61,505 nt of DNA from Octopus bimaculoides (Eukaryota): positions 18,823,371 through 18,884,875 of the forward strand of contig NC_069002.1 in assembly GCF_001194135.2 (NCBI RefSeq). Reading direction: 5' to 3'. This document shows positions 12,375-25,059 of the stretch, piece by piece. The number at the start of each line of letters is the position of its first letter. Position 1 is the stretch's first letter. The notes beneath the pieces were generated by a model. It searched no databases. It worked only from the letters and a program-made list of their open reading frames with translations, and was not told where the DNA came from. A program made the position numbers and the translations under genes.

Positions 12375-14105
12375 TATTTTTGGGTTCCTGGTTTGTATGA
12401 TTTTGCACTACTAATTAATTCCCTGTTGATAGTATAATCTTTGTTTCTGTCTTTAATAGACCAGATTAACCTAGATTAACTTGTTTGGAATTTTAATTTT
12501 TATCTCTAAATGAATTTAAGATATTAGCTGGTCTGTTTTTGAAAATTAGTGCAGTCGTACTGATGTAAAAGTATTAATTTCTCTCAGATGTAACATTACA
12601 TCTATATATGACATTTTTAGTTTTACATTTAGCATTCACATAGTAGGAGTCCAGTTTAGAACAATTGCAGAGATGATTTATTATATTTCTCACAGATTTG
12701 GTATTAATTTGATCATTAATGATAAAATCAAATTCATTTCTTCTAAGTTCTTTATTACTATTTACTCTTTCATATAACGTTATATCGTTCAATTTCTAGC
12801 TGAATTTTTATTCGATTCTATGTTATTAACCATATCCAATTGGGTTGTTTCCCTTTGTGTAACTTCTAAATTCTTAGCTTTTTCTTCCATTAAAGTTTTA
12901 TTCTCTTTTTATTCCGTTTGACATTATTGTTCTGAATATTCATTTTGCTACTTATGGTTAGAATAGCTTTTCCGAAACTTCAATACGACTTTCACGCCAT
13001 GAGTTGCTAATACCTGTGGTATGCTTCTACCACAAGTACAAGCTATGCAGATCCCATGTGTATCAGAAAATCGACGATACTCATGATTTATAAGAAAATA
13101 CCCCTCCACTGCACCGTGTAATGTGGAAAAACTACAACTCGCCCATTTACCAGATGGAACAATTAACCACAGAGCACCTCTTGAGCTACAATTCTGATCA
13201 CAATCCTGATGCTCACACCAGCCCTTTGAAGAAGTAGGTATTCTTCCATTTCAATCTATATTTAGGTTAGCGTTTATTTTATCTTAAATTTTTTTTAGCT
13301 GTATTTATTATTAAAAGAATATTAGTTTTTATTAGAGATTATTTTATCTTCATACCTACTAAAAGTTCGAGAATTTCTAACTCGGTTACCAACAATTTCC
13401 ATAATAATTTATTGGATTATTTTCTCTATTAAAATTCACTACTCTCGTTATTTTATTAACTTCTATATTTGATTTTAAATTTCTGTTACATGTCAATAGA
13501 GTTATTTGTAGTACTAGATCTTAGATTTGCGTAATTAAAAGTGTTGTTTGAATTAGGTTCGTTATTCGTCTTATTAACCTTTATTTTATCTTTGTATCCC
13601 GCTTTCCTAAGTGCTAAGTTATAGTAGTCTTTACTTAGTTTGAAAATACTCGCATTGGCTGATAAGTTAGTTATTATTGTCGAAATGTTCTTTATTAGTG
13701 GGTGTTTTACGGATTTGGGACGATTACTTCTAATGCTTATATATTTTATACATGTTATGCTTTCATTAGATTTATGAAACGTTTATATATCGATTTGTTG
13801 ATACCTAACAAAATATCTAAGAAATTAATAGAGTTATGTTAATTTTCTACCGTTATTCATTGTCCTGTATATTTAAAGAATTTAAAATATTTCTTTCTAT
13901 ATTTTTCTTACATTCTACTAGAGGTGTTTACAATTGTAAAAAGGGAATAATCCATATATAGACCTCCTGCTATTTCAGGGAATTCCCTATTTGGACAAAA
14001 TGAAATATAAATTCCTACCAAATCTGTGATCTGCGCCGAATCCGTAGAACCCATTGTTATGTCAAACATATCGGCCCTGTCTTTTCTAATCCAATTTTTA
14101 TTCTC
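12375..14105 (-). mobile_element. Penelope-like element: RT C-half plus GIY-YIG endonuclease, 5'-truncated and degenerate
   Basis: NWIRKDRADMFDITMGSTDSAQITDLVGIY (PLE FDVTMGS.DGAE motif); INFLDI; NLSANASIFKLSKDYYNLALRKAGY; HLCNCSKLDSYYVNAKCKTKNVIYRCNVT; YISTTALIFK; IWSIKDRNKDYTINRELISSAKSYKPGTQK. Confidence 0.9.
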
Positions 14106-14112
14106 AAATTAA

Positions 14113-14167
14113 GGTGGCGATCTGGCAGAAAAGTTAGCACGCCGGGCGAAATTCTTAGTGGTATTTC
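14113..14167 (+). mobile_element. SINE family A head fragment
   Basis: ggcgatctggcagaaaagttagcacgccgggcgaaattcttagtggtatttc; abuts the 5'-truncated end of the PLE. Confidence 0.75.
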
Positions 14168-14700
14168 CTCTGTCTTTATGCTATGAGTTCAATTTATGGG
14201 CAGATCATAGTCAATCCCCACTGACAAAGACTCTAAATATAGATACACACGCACACACACGCACACACAAACATATTTATAAACATACGCACACACACAT
14301 ACACACACTCATACATACACGTAACACACACGTATATATATTTATATATATATGTATATATATATATATNNNNNNNNNNNNNNNNNNNNNNNNNNNNNNN
14401 NNNNNNNNNNNNNNNNNNNNNNNNNNNNNNNNNNNNNNNNNNNNNNNNNNNNNNNNNNNNNNNNNNNNNNNNNNNNNNNNNNNNNNNNNNTATATATACA
14501 TATATATATACAAACAGCACATCGATAGATGTAGATAGATATAACAATATAACAAATGAATTTTAGTAGATGTATTGAACACTATTTTTCACATGGACGG
14601 AGATAGAGTAAGTGTTTGTGTAAGTATATGTATGTGAGGTGAAGTGAGTTTGGGTGTATGGATATGGAATCACTCACACGCGAATTGTAGTTTCGCTGGT

Positions 14701-15330
14701 ATGAATATCAATTAACTAAAGAATTGTCTAAATGAATTCTCTTTGGTTTAATTCAGTAAGAACATCTATTATCTAGAATTGTTTGTAATCATTTTGTTAC
14801 ATATAAACCAACTACAGAATATATTAACTCGAAATAAGCAATTTACAGCCTCTCTTGTTGCAGCCTATATTCTAATCATTTCATCAAATAGTCTCTACTG
14901 AAATTACTATTATCTTCAGTCGTGGACCTATTAATATTATGTCCATATTTCCACCGTTGAAGTTAATTATATTATGATCTGGCGAATTGGATGAATGTTT
15001 AAATCGTTGGATAGATTGCGTTGCGATAGTCATTCCCTTCCCTCCAGGTTCAAAACCACCGAGGTCATCTTTATCTTTCATCATTTCGGCGTCGATAAAA
15101 AAGTAGACCAGTCTTGTACTGGGGGAAGATTATTATTTCTGGTATTCTGTACCTTTCTGTCAGTCTATATTCTGGAATAATTTGTCTGTGATCATATTTG
15201 ATGACACTTTTAACCCCTCCCGGGGTTAAAAAATCAGTCAAAACATACAATATGTGACGATGGCATACCTACAACACCTTCAACGAGTTGGGAGTCCAAG
15301 ACAAAGCAAAGTTCCTAATATATAGTTATC
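14701..15330 (+). pseudogene. Degraded class A (rhodopsin-like) GPCR, TM1-TM3 clear, TM4-5 tentative
   Basis: One frame from 14701 reads ..LFVIILLHINQLQNILTRNKQFTASLVAAYILIISSNSLY*..VNYIMIWRIG*MFKSLDRL. A 1-nt frameshift at 15019 then gives VAIVIPF, i.e. SLDRLVAIVIPF (DRY motif). A SINE interrupts at 15040. Confidence 0.55.
15040..15127 (+). mobile_element. SINE family A central fragment
   Basis: ttcaaaaccaccgaggtcatctttatctttcatcatttcggcgtcgataaaaaagtagaccagt..actgggg. Confidence 0.7.
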
Positions 15331-15555
15331 TCGCGAGGAAATTAAAATCTTACAGAAATTGTTCGCAATATCAAGTTTCCTACCTCTTTCATTTTATTAG
15401 CCAAAATAAAATTGATTGGTTATTCTGTGCTGTAAAACACGATTCACGAGAAAATAGCAACTAATTTCGTACAATAGTGATAATATGATTTTTGATTCTT
15501 TTCTTCCTTTTAAGATTCTGAATAAAGTGATTTTTTTTCACACGCTTCATACCAT

Positions 15556-15586
<31 letters not shown>

Positions 15587-15933
15587 ATGCAAACACACAC
15601 ACACACACGAGCAAGCACATAAACGGAAAACAAGGTGGAAAAAATAATACTCAAATACTGAAGGTAGAGTAATATGTTTTTTTTATAGTAAACCTGCAAA
15701 AACATCAGAAGAAGTGTTAGTGAGTGTCACGTTCCCGTTTGTCGGACAGTTATGATCAAGATACAACTTAAATAAAAAAAAGTATGTGTGTGGGTATATA
15801 TATATATATATATNNNNNNNNNNNNNNNNNNNNNNNNNNNNNNNNNNNNNNNNNNNNNNNNNNNNNNNNNNNNNNNNNNNNNNNNNNNNNNNNNNNNNNN
15901 NNNNNNNNNNNNNNNNNNNNNNNNNNNNNNNNN

Positions 15934-15975
15934 CTTGCATATCTTTAATGACTATGTCTGGTCGATTAGCCATCA
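15934..15975 (-). mobile_element. RLE LINE endonuclease fragment (ANRPDIVIKD) running into a gap
   Basis: The RPDIV motif begins directly after the (TAA)n tract on the minus strand. Confidence 0.65.
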
Positions 15976-15981
15976 TTATCA

Positions 15982-16045
<64 letters not shown>

Positions 16046-16059
16046 TCCTTCGTAACACA

Positions 16060-17025
16060 GTGTAGGTAAAAATGCACCGGAGTCTTTAGTCATCTGTCAA
16101 GTCACAACAAGGACCTCAGACAGATAATACTGTGCGTTGTGCCCAATAAGGCTGCTTTTTGAAAGGCATCATTCTTGCATGGGATTTCCAGTTGTTTTAA
16201 GAAGTTTTAAAATTTCAATGGGATCGAGCCCAACGCTGCGATCACCACTGGTATCACTTTTACATTTCCATACAGTCTTGCCATTTCCACTTTCAATTCG
16301 GAGTAATTGGTGATTTTTTTCAACCTCTTTACTCACAACATTCATGTCATTTGGTATGGCNNNNNNNNNNTTTTTCAACCTCTTTACTCACAACATTCAT
16401 GTCATTTGGTATGGCTACATCAATGATCTGACAGTATTTGTCTCTCTTATTCAATAGGACAATATCCGGCCGACGGTGTTCAATTACTCAATCTGTCTGA
16501 AAATCATAGCCCCAGAGTATCGTTACTTTTTCACCCTCCTACATAACTTTACTTGGTACATGCTCATACCAGTTCTCTGTTACTTCATATTGGTGTTTAC
16601 AGCATTAGAGTCAATAAGGATACACACACACTTTATCGTGGCGGTGCTTGTATTCCTTTTGTGCTAAGCTCTCACATCCATTTACCAAGTGGGTAACATT
16701 TTTCACACTCTTTCCACAGAGTCTGTATTTCTGGCTATCAGAAGTTTTATAGATGTTATACTTCACTGAATTGGTAGCGACAGCTTGGCTTTGTGCAGCA
16801 ATAATCAGGCTTTCGGTGTTACGCTTCAAATCACCTCGCTCAAGCCATGCCTACGATGATGTATTATCCTTAACATCCTGTGTACTCCTTTCAAACTGTC
16901 CATGTCTTCTCCTCGGCTCTTCCTTGCCCATCATTTCATCTGCCTTTACACCCATATCTTTCGTGGCATATTGATAATTATTTATCAGATACTCGGCAAG
17001 CGTTCTTCTTTCATTCCTTATACAA
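16060..17025 (-). mobile_element. RLE-type LINE (R4/Dong-like) 3' half
   Basis: WLERGDLKRNTESLIIAAQSQA; zinc knuckle YRLCGKSVKNVTHLVNGC; RHDKV; RRPDIVL..IIDVAIP. Flanked on both sides by (TAA)n (15976-16045 and 17026-17167). Confidence 0.9.
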
Positions 17026-17046
17026 TTATTATTATTATTATTATTA

Positions 17047-17168
<122 letters not shown>

Positions 17169-18369
17169 TAGACTCTGTCGTATCCAATTTAGTTCCTCGA
17201 CAGAAAAGATTACGACTGGAAATGTTTAATATTGCTTTGTTTCTCTCAACGGAGACACCAAACTTCACCGATCATTTAGAACTATTTGTTAGATGTCTTG
17301 ACGGAATAAAACCATTTCATTTACGTATTGCGGTTGTTATGGGATTTCTTACTATTGTCCAGCAACGATTTGATTGCTTCATGTGTATGTGTTTTATATC
17401 TGTGTCTGTATGTGCATGTCTATGTGATTGCCTGGTTTTGTCTGTGTGATTTTGTGGTTGTGTATGTATGTGTGGGTATTATGATATGTGTGTGTGTGAG
17501 TGTGCGTGTGTGTGTATATGTGTGTACGCGCACACATGTGTATGTGCGCACACATGTGTCTGTGCTCAAACCAATTTGAAGGTGAAGCTTTATATCGCAT
17601 TGCATCGGTTTCCTAACGCGTCTTTCAAATCATTTTTTTCATATCTTTCATTATATATACACACGCATACTTATAAATATATGCATCACATATAAAATAC
17701 ACATATACATATGGATGGATGTGTGCATATATGACTGCTAAGATATTCATTTATAACTATAAATGCTTTGAATATTTCTGGAACAAAAACCCTACAAATT
17801 ATAAAAATAGAATAGTCTGATTGTTACTATTTTTACCTGGTTTTTCAAAATTTCAGGTTAGAACATTTTTTTTTTACATGAAATTTACGAAGAAAAAGTG
17901 TCAATATGTGATGTCGCTACCTTGTAGCGTTTCGATGTAGAATTGTTTTGTGTTACTATAGCATTCAATCATATGCATGCAACTTAGATCTGTTATTAAT
18001 TCGCGGATTGTATTTGTTAATTAAAATAGTTTTTTAATTCTCAAATTCTCCAATGTTTCTTTCTGTAGTTTCAGTGGAAACTTCGATATCATGAATATGG
18101 TAATTTCATCGGTGTTGTTCGAGGGAAAATGTCTTACACTTACACACACATACATACATACATACATACATACATACATACCGATCAATTCAGAAATGTA
18201 ACCGCACGTGGACTATTGGCGAATTTTCCTTACTTTTCTTTCTTTCTGTTTGGACTTTCTGACACAGAGCTATTCTAGAAACTTAAACACCAAATCCCCC
18301 CCAACTTCACCGAGCATAAAATTAATATATTTCTTGTGCACGTCCTCACGTTCATGTTTTCCCCTTTTC

Positions 18370-18400
<31 letters not shown>

Positions 18401-18446
18401 GTGNNNNNNNNNNNNNNNNNNNNNNNNNNNNNNNNNNNNNNNNNNN

Positions 18447-18509
<63 letters not shown>

Positions 18510-18689
18510 ATATGAGTGGATGTTTGTGTGTGTTTGTGTATTATCCATATCTGCTCAAGTGTATCTCAGTAGCTATTTATAAACTCAATAAATCACTAGT
18601 CCTCCAATCTAACCACTCAAACAGTGTAAGAAGAATTTTGAATGTAAAGTAGAATTCTGATTTAGGTACGATTTACATGGAGCACCGTC

Positions 18690-18860
18690 TCCAGTACTTA
18701 ACTGGTACTTTAAATTTATCGACTCCAGAGGTATGAACAAAAAAGTTAACGCAAGTGAGATTTGGACTGAGAACGTAAAGAACTGGAAGAAATGCGTCTG
18801 AGAATGTTGACCGACGCTCCATCACTTTGGACAGATCGCCGACCTCAATTTGGATCATAA
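18690..18860 (-). mobile_element. SINE family A, diverged
   Basis: ggcgatctgtccaaagtg...ttacgttctcagtccaaatc...ggagtcgataaatttaaagtaccagtt. Confidence 0.7.
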
Positions 18861-19478
18861 AATGACAAACCTCATTTCTTAATTTAAAATACATTATCGA
18901 CATAATTTAGCCTCAGTCTAAATGCTTTCTAATCTAATTAGCGCAAACTTGCCTCTCTGTATTTATAGGAAATTTATATTTACGAATAATAATATAATTT
19001 ATTCATTGTTAACATTTATTGTTAAGGATTAGAAATTTACAAATTGGATCTCAATTGAAAACTAAGATTGTTTCAGCTTCTAAAATATTGATTAATTTTC
19101 TCCTCGTTGCTAATAACAGGACTCGTTTATATTCATGAATTATATTTAAAAATGATAATTACATTAATACGATTAAACACTACATATAACATTATATTTT
19201 GGTTTCCAACCATACCTTTGAAAATTTCTTAATTTTGTATGTCAGTGTATGCATGTTATATAACTTTATATATGCTTATTAATATACTAACAGAGATACA
19301 TATATAGTTTTATTTATATATAAAATAGCAACGTTTTCTTATTTTAACGTTGAGAAATATTTGTAGAAGCTTTTGTACTTTAACTACTCTCCGAGAAACT
19401 AAATAGAAATCGTTTTTTACTTGTTATAATTTTTCCGAAGAACTTTTGTTTATTTTGGATTTAAAACTAAACAAAGGC

Positions 19479-20550
19479 TTACGAATGAGAAAAGGTGACA
19501 AACATGTGAACAGGGCGTGGTCTGATCGTGATTAAACTAATCATCTTGCTCTCACTGCTCATTAAATATATGGTGTGCTTGGCTTGGTAACATCTCTTGA
19601 AAATCCTAAAATGACGCCTATTTCTTAAAGCAAAGAAGAGTGGGTATAAACCGCCATTGAAGATGCAAGCCACTCGTGAAACTCTTACAATGATTGTAAA
19701 CCAGTGATCATTAATTTCAATTACTTTGGGTTGTATGTCGTTGAGAGTAAAATATATTTTATGATCTGCTGGGGAAAAGCTCTTGGAATGACAATAACAA
19801 GATTCACGAAATCTGAAAACCAGCATTTTTAAAGTCATGAAGACTGCCCTTCTTCAAGGCATACGTAAATAGCCTTTCCTGTAATGCTTACAAAGCCAAA
19901 ACTATGAAGAAGGAGCGTCAAGATAGCCACAACGGTACGTACGCCAGTCGGGGTATGGGAGTTCAAAACATTTCATGGCGAGGTTCAAGACCAAAGAAGA
20001 GTTTTATGAATTGTTGTTCCTCAATGCAAGGAAAGCTTTGTAGCTCACGGCTGTTGCGTTGTACATCAGATTATGTCAGACGTTGTATTTTGGAGACTTA
20101 TACATCCTTATACGTTATAAATATCAGTAAACAACGGTGAATTCAACAGAAGTAGCAAAAGTGAAAGTGGGGGTGTAGTTGGCATGTCGGGGTGAAACTC
20201 ATCCGTTGAGCAAGTGGGAGGGGGAAGAAAAAAAGAAGTAGCAATTATAGGAAGAGGAGGCAAAGACCAAACAATATATAAATTCAAGTATAAAGGGGTT
20301 TTTATTGGCTCCACCATCGCCATCATTGATTCACTGCATATTATACATATATACTCCACCCAGACTTAGTGATTCTCTCAAATTCTACAAGACAGGTGAC
20401 CATGAGGGAAGTGACTGTACCGTGGAAGGTACACCTACAGGAAGCTCGTTAGATGAAGCTTGCCAAAACTTTAATTTCGTAATATATTTCCATTTTCAAA
20501 TTATCAAAAAGTACGACAGAACCAATTGAATACGCTAAAATTGTTATACA
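19479..20550 (-). pseudogene. Full-span degraded single-exon class A GPCR
   Basis: Ordered motifs across frames: TILAYSIGSVVLF..GNIL (TM1, ~20480-20545); SLMVTCL (~SLAVTDL, TM2, ~20395); W-rich ECL1; LYIVWSLPPLPII (TM3); LLLLLLNSPLF (TM4); VRTVVAILTLLLHSFGFVSITGKAIY (TM5); RAVFMTLKMLVF (TM6); ACIFNGGLYPLFFALRNRRHFRIFKR (TM7/helix 8); stop at 19479. About 350 codons, with many stops and frameshifts. Confidence 0.65.
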
Positions 20551-20698
20551 CACACACACGCCCCCCCCACACACGCACACACATACACACACATATACAT
20601 ACTCATATACACATATATATATATACATACATAGAGAGATATATATCCATTAAAAATCATACATGCATATGTGTACAGACGTAACTATCACTTTCTCG

Positions 20699-20766
<68 letters not shown>

Positions 20767-21614
20767 NNNNNNNNNNNNNNNNNNNNNNNNNNNNNNNNNN
20801 NNNNNNNNNNNNNNNNNNNNNNNNNNNNNNNNNNNNNNNNNNNNNNNNNNNNNNNNNNNNNNNNNNNNNNNNNNNNNNNNNNNNNNNNNNNNNNNNNNNN
20901 NNNNNNNNNNNNNNNNNNNNNNNNNNNNNNNNNNNNNNNNNNNNNNNNNNNNNNNNNNNNNNNNNNNNNNNNNNNNNNNNNNNNNNNNNNNNNNNNNNNN
21001 NNNNNNNNNNNNNNNNNNNNNNNNNNNNNNNNNNNNNNNNNNNNNNNNNNNNNNNNNNNNNNNNNNNNNNNNNNNNNNNNNNNNNNNNNNNNNNNNNNNN
21101 NNNNNNNNNNNNNNNNNNNNNNNNNNNNNNNNNNNNNNNNNNNNNNNNNNNNNNNNNNNNNNNNNNNNNNNNNNNNNNNNNNNNNNNNNNNNNNNNNNNN
21201 NNNNNNNNNNNNNNNNNNNNNNNNNNNNNNNNNNNNNNNNNNNNNNNNNNNNNNNNNNNNNNNNNNNNNNNNNNNNNNNNNNNNNNNNNNNNNNNNNNNN
21301 NNNNNNNNNNNNNNNNNNNNNNNNNNNNNNNNNNNNNNNNNNNNNNNNNNNNNNNNNNNNNNNNNNNNNNNNNNNNNNNNNNNNNNNNNNNNNNNNNNNN
21401 NNNNNNNNNNNNNNNNNNNNNNNNNNNNNNNNNNNNNNNNNNNNNNNNNNNNNNNNNNNNNNNNNNNNNNNNNNNNNNNNNNNNNNNNNNNNNNNNNNNN
21501 ACGTCATCAGTTGTCTCTCTTGTTATCACTCTCTCTCTCTCTCTCTCTCTTTCTGAAACGCACGCACACAAACGCACACACACGCACACACACGCACACA
21601 CACACATAAACGCG

Positions 21615-21656
<42 letters not shown>

Positions 21657-22025
21657 AATATATGTATATTTGAATGTATGTATGCTTATTTGCACATATA
21701 TATATGCGCACACACACTAATATATGTTTATGAATATATGTGTGTGCGTGTGTAATATGTGCTGTTGTGCTCTCGGATGAGTTGATGAAAGAGTAACTTC
21801 TGAACACATGTAAAAGAATTTATTTATTGCCCTGAAGTTGTATTTCACACTGCTGCCGCTTTGAATTTCTATTAACTTCACATTCTAAAGAACTTACCAG
21901 CATACAGGAGTATACAAGCATACAGGAGTACATCAAATACATCCACCTTACGATAGCACTAAAACTCAAGAGAGAAACAGACATTTGCCTTACATCCTAC
22001 AAGTATCCACACATATTATGTGACA

Positions 22026-22258
22026 AAGCGGCGAGCTGGCAGAAACGTTAGCACGCCGGGCGAAATGCTTGGCGGTATTTCGTCTGCCGCTACGTTCTGA
22101 GTTCAAATTCCGCCGAGGTCGACTTTGCCTTTCTTCCTTTCGGGGTCGATTAAATAAGTACCAGTTACGCACTGGGGTCGATATAATCGACTTAATCCGT
22201 TTATCTGTCTTTGTTTGTCCCCTATGTGTGTAGCCCCTTGTGGGTAGTAAAGAAATAA
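22026..22258 (+). mobile_element. SINE family A, full length and young-looking
   Basis: ggcgagctggcagaaacgttagc (A-box-like) ... gagttcaaattcc (B-box-like) ... gtaccagttacgcactggggtcga ... aaagaaata. Confidence 0.9.
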
Positions 22259-22329
22259 CACATATTATGTAACTCTTAGTCATACTAATCACAAAAGAAC
22301 TTCCCATAACTTTATCGTCAATTCTCTCG

Positions 22330-22745
22330 TAACATGTCCTAATCTGCCACTCTAAATGTCAACACTTTCCACTCACGGTCCTAAATAGATAAAGGAGACC
22401 CCAAAACTAGAAACCAGTTAAATTTTCCCTCGGTTACATAGAAGCACAAACACAGTAAATTTCACTTATGTCGCCATACAGTCTTCGCCATACACAATAC
22501 ATTCGCAGAACATCGAAGTAAATTCAATCTCTGCCTTAACCATCACTTACACCTCCTTTAAATCATTTGCAGGATATATGTCACAAACCTCTCTAATTAT
22601 ATCCGATATTCGAAAGACTTCTATATTCCCAATTCCATCACATGGAATATTTTAAAGAGAAAGATTCCTTACACTGAATGCACGAAATTCTGTTTTATAA
22701 ACATCTCTGATAACACAAACCATCCTTTAACAACCGAGTCTAGTT
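22330..22745 (+). mobile_element. Penelope-like GIY-YIG endonuclease relic
   Basis: TNLSNYIRYSKDFYIPNSITWNILKRKIPYTECTKFC matches the PLE pattern T.LS.YIW.LKD......I.W.ILK...PY....K.C. Confidence 0.65.
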
Positions 22746-22769
22746 CATTATGCAGACACATAACATTCA

Positions 22770-24800
22770 GTCTCCAGAAATATCAGATACACCATTAAAG
22801 CACAATTCTGGAAGCAATGAGAAGGCATGAATCGTTCTGGAGAAAATCCTGGAGTGAAGAGAAGCTTAAGCTCGATGACTGGAAGTAATTTTAGTCCCTG
22901 CATTACACCCAAGACATACTCGCAGCATCGATAGAAAAAATTTAGGAAGGAAAAATACCAGCAAGTGATTTCGAGTTTTGGATACTGGTACAAGAAGCTA
23001 ATCTTCTACTGGTTGTATCTCATCAACCTGTCCATGGGAATAGTAGTATACCACGCTGGTTAACTTTGACAGGGTCACAACTGATCTCCAAAAGCAGAAA
23101 CATTCATATAACAAAACCTGCCGGAAAATTGCTTCCCAGAGCTTAATGTATAAAATATATAAAGCACGTCTAATTCTCCGAGACCATAGTCACAGTAATA
23201 ACATCATCGCAGTAGAACAAGCAGCTTGGAAGAAGGGCGTCTCGGGATGTGGTGAGCCACTGTTAATAAACAAAACTGTAATGTCAGAGTTGCAGGAGCA
23301 TAGAAGGAACCTGGTTTCAATGTGGCTGGGCTAGAAGAAAGATTTTGATTCTGTCCCCCACTCGTAGATGCTAGAAGTCTTTCGACTTGCTAAAATTCCA
23401 GAGAACATAGTCAAAACCATAGCTGACTTGATATCATCCTAAACCCCCGTTTTGAAGCTGAATACAAGGAGTGATTGTATTATCTCTGATAAAATAGAGC
23501 ATAGCAGAAGTATATTCCAAGAAGACAGCCTCTCCGTGATATTGTTTATATTTTCAGTAAACACCTTCTCAATAGTGTTGAGGAAATCTGAAGGAGACAA
23601 AATTACTCAAATTACACACTACACCTTTGTGGATAACTTGAAGCTGTATACCAGGAATATGCATGATATGAAAAAGAGCCTGGAACTGGTGGCGTAGATC
23701 GTTAAGACCTGAAATGCAAACAAAGAATGGGGATGCTTAACATCAGTCCAAACTGATCCGAATGTCATATCTCTTAAGCAACATTTTTAAACCACAAAAT
23801 GTCGAAGCGCATCCCTTGACCACTCTGCATACACGAAGCAAATGATATTACGAGACTGGGAAAACAGCCCCTCAGGAAATATTCCTACTCTGATGATCTT
23901 CAACACATGCCCACAGAAGCTGCATGACTCAAGCGCAACATATCAGATGAAAAGATGAGCGTATATCAGCAGAAGACGATGCATGGATACGCTAGCAGAC
24001 AGCTTGGGGATGACAGCAATCAATCGTGTAACAAAAACTGAAACACTAACTCACTCTCAATGGTGGTATGCTTTAGCAATACAGGAACAGGTAACGGCAA
24101 ACAAAATCCTAATGCACAACAGAGACAGAGACGGAGGAAAAACACCAAGCGTGCTAACAGATGCAGAGTTTGGGATATTAACACTGATATCACCCACATC
24201 ATAAGCACTTATCTGAAAATGTTATCGCGTTATTACTTGCTGAGAAGGCATAGTGTTGTAGAGAAGACACTCTACAATGAGATTCATGGGAAAGATTACT
24301 CTGAGGCCAAAGAAATAAGTACCTACAGTAGAAGCCATAACCACTCATAATACGAAAGCGTACTGGTGGAATGTCTCAGTGAAAACCCATATAAAATATA
24401 AACATAACAGACCAGACATAGTGATTGGGACATGGAAGAGAAACTGTATAGAGTAGTGGAAATCTGTACCCTTGCGGATGTCAGCATAAAGCTAAAGATC
24501 AGCGAAAAATAAAATGCCTGCACTGAACCACTGGGAAGTTAATGGCTACTCAACTCGGATTACAAGTCTACGTTTATGCATAGAATTATTAGGGTACTAG
24601 GATTTGTAACAAACTGTCGAATCGCTACTCTTCAGAGATTATACTTTTCGAAACCAGAAAAGACAAAGCTACTTAGAAACTCAATGAAACTGTTAAAATT
24701 TGTAAAACTATCAAAAAATTATAGCATTTAAGTATGCATGCAACTATATATGCATGAGTAAATAAGCATCAAGCAAAATATAGAAATCTGTAGATGCACT
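22770..24800 (+). mobile_element. RLE-type LINE, RT through 3' end, degenerate
   Basis: FWYKKL; EQAAWKKGVSGCGEPLLINK; W.G*KKDFDSVPH; IFQEDSLSVILF; HYTFVDNLKLY; TLTHSQWWYALAIQEQ; VVEICTLADVSIKLKISEK. Confidence 0.9.
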
Positions 24801-25018
24801 GAATCAACTGTTGCATATATATACACAAACATGCACCAATACCTTGATTATGTTTTTAAAATTCCTGTGAAGCAGTCTTGGATGTAAGCTAGAAACAGCT
24901 CTTTCTCTATTAGCAATAAATATATATACACACACGCACGTGCACACAAACACACACGCACACACACACACACACAAACACACATCACACACNNNNNNNN
25001 NNCGCATACACACACATG

Positions 25019-25059
<41 letters not shown>

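Noticed and set aside
16315-16412. Direct repeat within the RLE LINE
   Set aside because: Same 10-N gap overlap artefact.
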